DNA of 64,000 nt from Lama glama (taxonomy: Eukaryota). Location of the stretch: contig CM052818.1 in assembly GCA_028534125.1 (NCBI GenBank), positions 35,652,001 to 35,716,000 on the forward strand. Reading direction: 5' to 3'. Of the stretch, positions 61,171-64,000 are shown piece after piece. Under the pieces are notes generated by a model that made no database searches, was not told the DNA's origin, and worked only from the letters and a program-made list of their open reading frames with translations. Within the stretch, counting starts at the first letter, position 1, and every line of letters starts with the position of its first letter. Made by a program: the position numbers and the translations under genes.

Positions 61171-64000
61171 GGGGACAATGGCTCGCCCCTCGGGCCACAT
61201 CTCCTAGTTGACAGCTCATTAACTCACCAGACCTCCAAGGAGCACCTGCTTTGTGCCGTGCTCTCTTGGTGAGGGCTCCAGATACTATACAAGGGTGGCT
61301 GTCTTTGGGCCCAAAGGGCTGTCCCCGGAGATAGTGGTCACCTTGGCCTGTGGTAGCCCCTATCTCCGGGGACTGTATAGGAGCCCAGGCAGGTGACCTG
61401 CAGTCCTGTGTGCTCAGCGTCCCCTCCCTGACGCTAGCTGGGTACGAGTGCTGGGCTGAGAACCCTGAGATTGAGTGTGACCCTGCTTCCATCTTGGAGC
61501 CCATTTACCTGGGCAACTCTGGGGATGCTGGCTTGGAGCCTGTTTGGCATGGGAAGGTCTAGTTTAAAGATAGGCTGGTTTTTGAGTTATGCAACCTCTC
61601 CCTCCTCTGAACTCTCCCAGCCTTTGGCTGAAGACAGCAAAGTGGTCCTGCCCTGGGGGAGCAGCCAGTCAGCATGTGACTTGACAGCCCTGCCTGTCGG
61701 AGCTCTTGGAAGACTCTTTACCTTGACAGTTCTTTGAGTGACTGAGTGACCGAGGTCGTGCCCATGTCTTTTGGAGGGGGCTGCACATGTGGCCCCCTAG
61801 TCTCACTGGCAGTCATCTGCTCATACACAGACGGCTGCGCTGGAGCATCCAGATTTCATGTGTTATGGTCCTCTGTCCTCTCATCAGGGAGAGGTGAGCT
61901 TTTCGGGCCCTGACCTCCCTGGCTAACAGGCCAGGTCCTCCTTTGCATTTCTGTCTTCCTGCTGCTGCCTCTGCTGAGGGGGTCAGGCTAGGGTGGGCAC
62001 CTGGTGGGGTCTAGTGATCTTTTGGCTTCTAACTGGCCTGAAAACTCAAGAATCTAGATAAACAGACATGTCTGCAGTCAGCTGTGGGTAGCGACATGTA
62101 TGTGTGTGTGTGTACACACAGCACATATGTAGGGCACACACGGGATACACAAGGACACACACATACTTTAAACAGATTTCACCCACTTACTTCACACAGA
62201 CACTGCACACGCACGGACGCACCGGCCACCTGGGCACTGCCCATCTCTTTCTCCATTTAAATCTGTCTCCCTCTGCCCCTTTCACAAGGGTGTTGCAGAA
62301 ACTTAGCTTTTCACCAGCCAAGCTCATTTATCCAAATCCCTGCTGGCCACCCTGCTGTAATTAACTCCTGAATGCCTCCTCAGAGTATCAGCTACAACGA
62401 CTCGGAGCCCCTGGGAGCAGTGCTGGCCTCCTTCTCTGTCTCAGTTCTGAGTCACCGACAAGGAGAAGGGGGCTTGATCCGTTCCTTCCAGAGCCTGGCC
62501 GAGGTGAGGACACCCAAGCCCAGGAGGCTGGGCCTCCTGGCCGGGGCCACGGTGGTCTCTTCTCCCAGGACCAGGACCCCCCGACCCCACCTGAGTCTGC
62601 TCACCCCATCCCAGAGCAGGCCTGGGTCCTTCTCCCCAGGATCCAGGCAGTTTTCTACCCACAAGACCTACTGGAGACTTTCTCTCTTTCTGGACCTTAT
62701 TTGGTTCTTTTCCCAGAGAGTCAGGGCCTTGACTTCCATTGCCATGTGTTTCTAGGATACCCGTCAGAGAGCCTTGCAGGGCCTGGCAGAGGCTGCGTGA
62801 GGCAGTTGACCCGCTTTCCTCCACTGTGTGGAGCCTCGTCTCAGCGCCCGTGTCTCCAAACCCCGCCTCTGGGCCAGCCCTCCATCCGTGGTTCCCCTCC
62901 TGCAGCCTCCTCTCTGGGGATGGGAGGTCACTGCCTCTCAGGGCAGCACATTCTTTATTCGAACTGTTCTGACTTATAGAAAACCCTTCCTCTGCTGGAA
63001 GCAACAGTCTGGTCCCACCCGTCTTCCCTCCGGGGGCCTCCAGAGCCACACACCCCTTCCCCACACAACAGCTCTCCTCAGTCTGGTAGAGTCCCTGTGA
63101 CACCACAGAGCACTCTCTTCCCTGGGCCGGAACCCAGCGCCTCAGCCCACCCTCGGGTGCCCGGGCTCCAGTTCCCTTACCGCGTGATCAGTCTCTGACC
63201 AAGGCCTGGGCGATCTGTTTCCCTGGGTGGGGAGGACTCAGCAGCTCCACCACCTCCTCTCTCAGGACCTTAAAATGCTTTCTCTTCAGCGAAGCCTGCT
63301 TTGGAGATGGTCATTATGATCTCCACATCTGTCTCTTCAACGCCCAACTTCCATTCCTCCTTTCAGTCCAGACCATCAGGTTTTAAAAGTAGCTTCAAGC
63401 TAATGAAGTGTCATTTTCAACAGTCCAGTTTTCTGGCAAACTTCCACTGTGTCACTGAAAGTCACCATCCACGTGTGAAGCAAGCACAGGGCACCTCAAG
63501 CCTGAAAAGGCACAGTGTTGAGAAAAGCGGCCCCTGCACAGATACCATTTTTGTAAAAGAAACATGATAGGAAGGGGTCTGGAGATGATTACAGGAATTC
63601 ACATAATAATGAGTGCTGAGCATTGGAATTCAAAATAGCAGCCGTTTTAAAGAGATGGGGCATGCTGATTTCAATTCCGTTTTGAAAATGACATTACAGA
63701 ACAACTACTTTAAAGAATAAAAAATGGTTAAGGGAGAAGAAAAAGTAAATGAAAGATTATCCGTATTATTGAATGCCCTCCCCCTTCCTCCTCCATTTGT
63801 TCATGACAGACTTTGACCACATCTTCCTCCTCCACACCCAGTCCTTTGGGACTGTGATCGTCAGTGGGTTTTGGTTTTCTTAGAGGGAACTGGGTGAGCG
63901 CTGGACCTCTGCATCTTTGACCATATGAGTCCAAGCTTCTGGAGGTGTGTTGCCATTTCCACCTTGACATGAATCTCACTGCTGCCCTGTCCTTGGGTTT

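Noticed and set aside
62441..63106. 221-aa minus-strand ORF and other >140-aa intronic ORFs (56-63 kb)
   Set aside because: No recognisable protein family or exon structure. Consistent with chance ORFs in GC-rich intron.
1..64000. CRISPR array, operon, prophage or other prokaryote-type system; NUMT or processed pseudogene
   Set aside because: The sequence is clearly mammalian and intron-rich. I saw no repeat-spacer array, dense gene cluster, mitochondrial-like segment or retrocopied mRNA.

Overview
Mammalian genomic DNA, probably from a camelid (alpaca, llama or camel), judging by tRNA-derived SINEs of the camelid Vic-1 type at ~52.05-52.3 kb. The window holds the 5' part of ADCY3 (adenylate cyclase 3) on the + strand. 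This comprises a CpG-island promoter (~14.75-15.86 kb), a probable non-coding first exon, the first coding exon (ATG 16396 to donor after 17070, 225 codons), a 33.2-kb intron and the next coding exon (50308-50457, 50 codons). The following intron runs off the end of the window. The first ~2.6 kb might be the distal 3' UTR of the usual upstream neighbour DNAJC27, but this rests on synteny only. The rest is intergenic or intronic sequence rich in ordinary interspersed repeats (L1, L2, MIR, MaLR LTRs, MER/Tigger DNA transposons, camelid SINEs). Nearly all other ORFs in the track look like chance ORFs or L1 remnants. I find no support for a new multi-gene biological system. The best small-scale observations are a SINE nested in inverted orientation inside another SINE's B box, a palindromic coding repeat that spells [11 protein letters not shown] on both strands, three candidate uORFs, a template-switch-like double hairpin, an E-box/MEF2 module and a possible in-frame alternative first exon. 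Repeat family names come from recalled consensus motifs and need RepeatMasker/Dfam confirmation.
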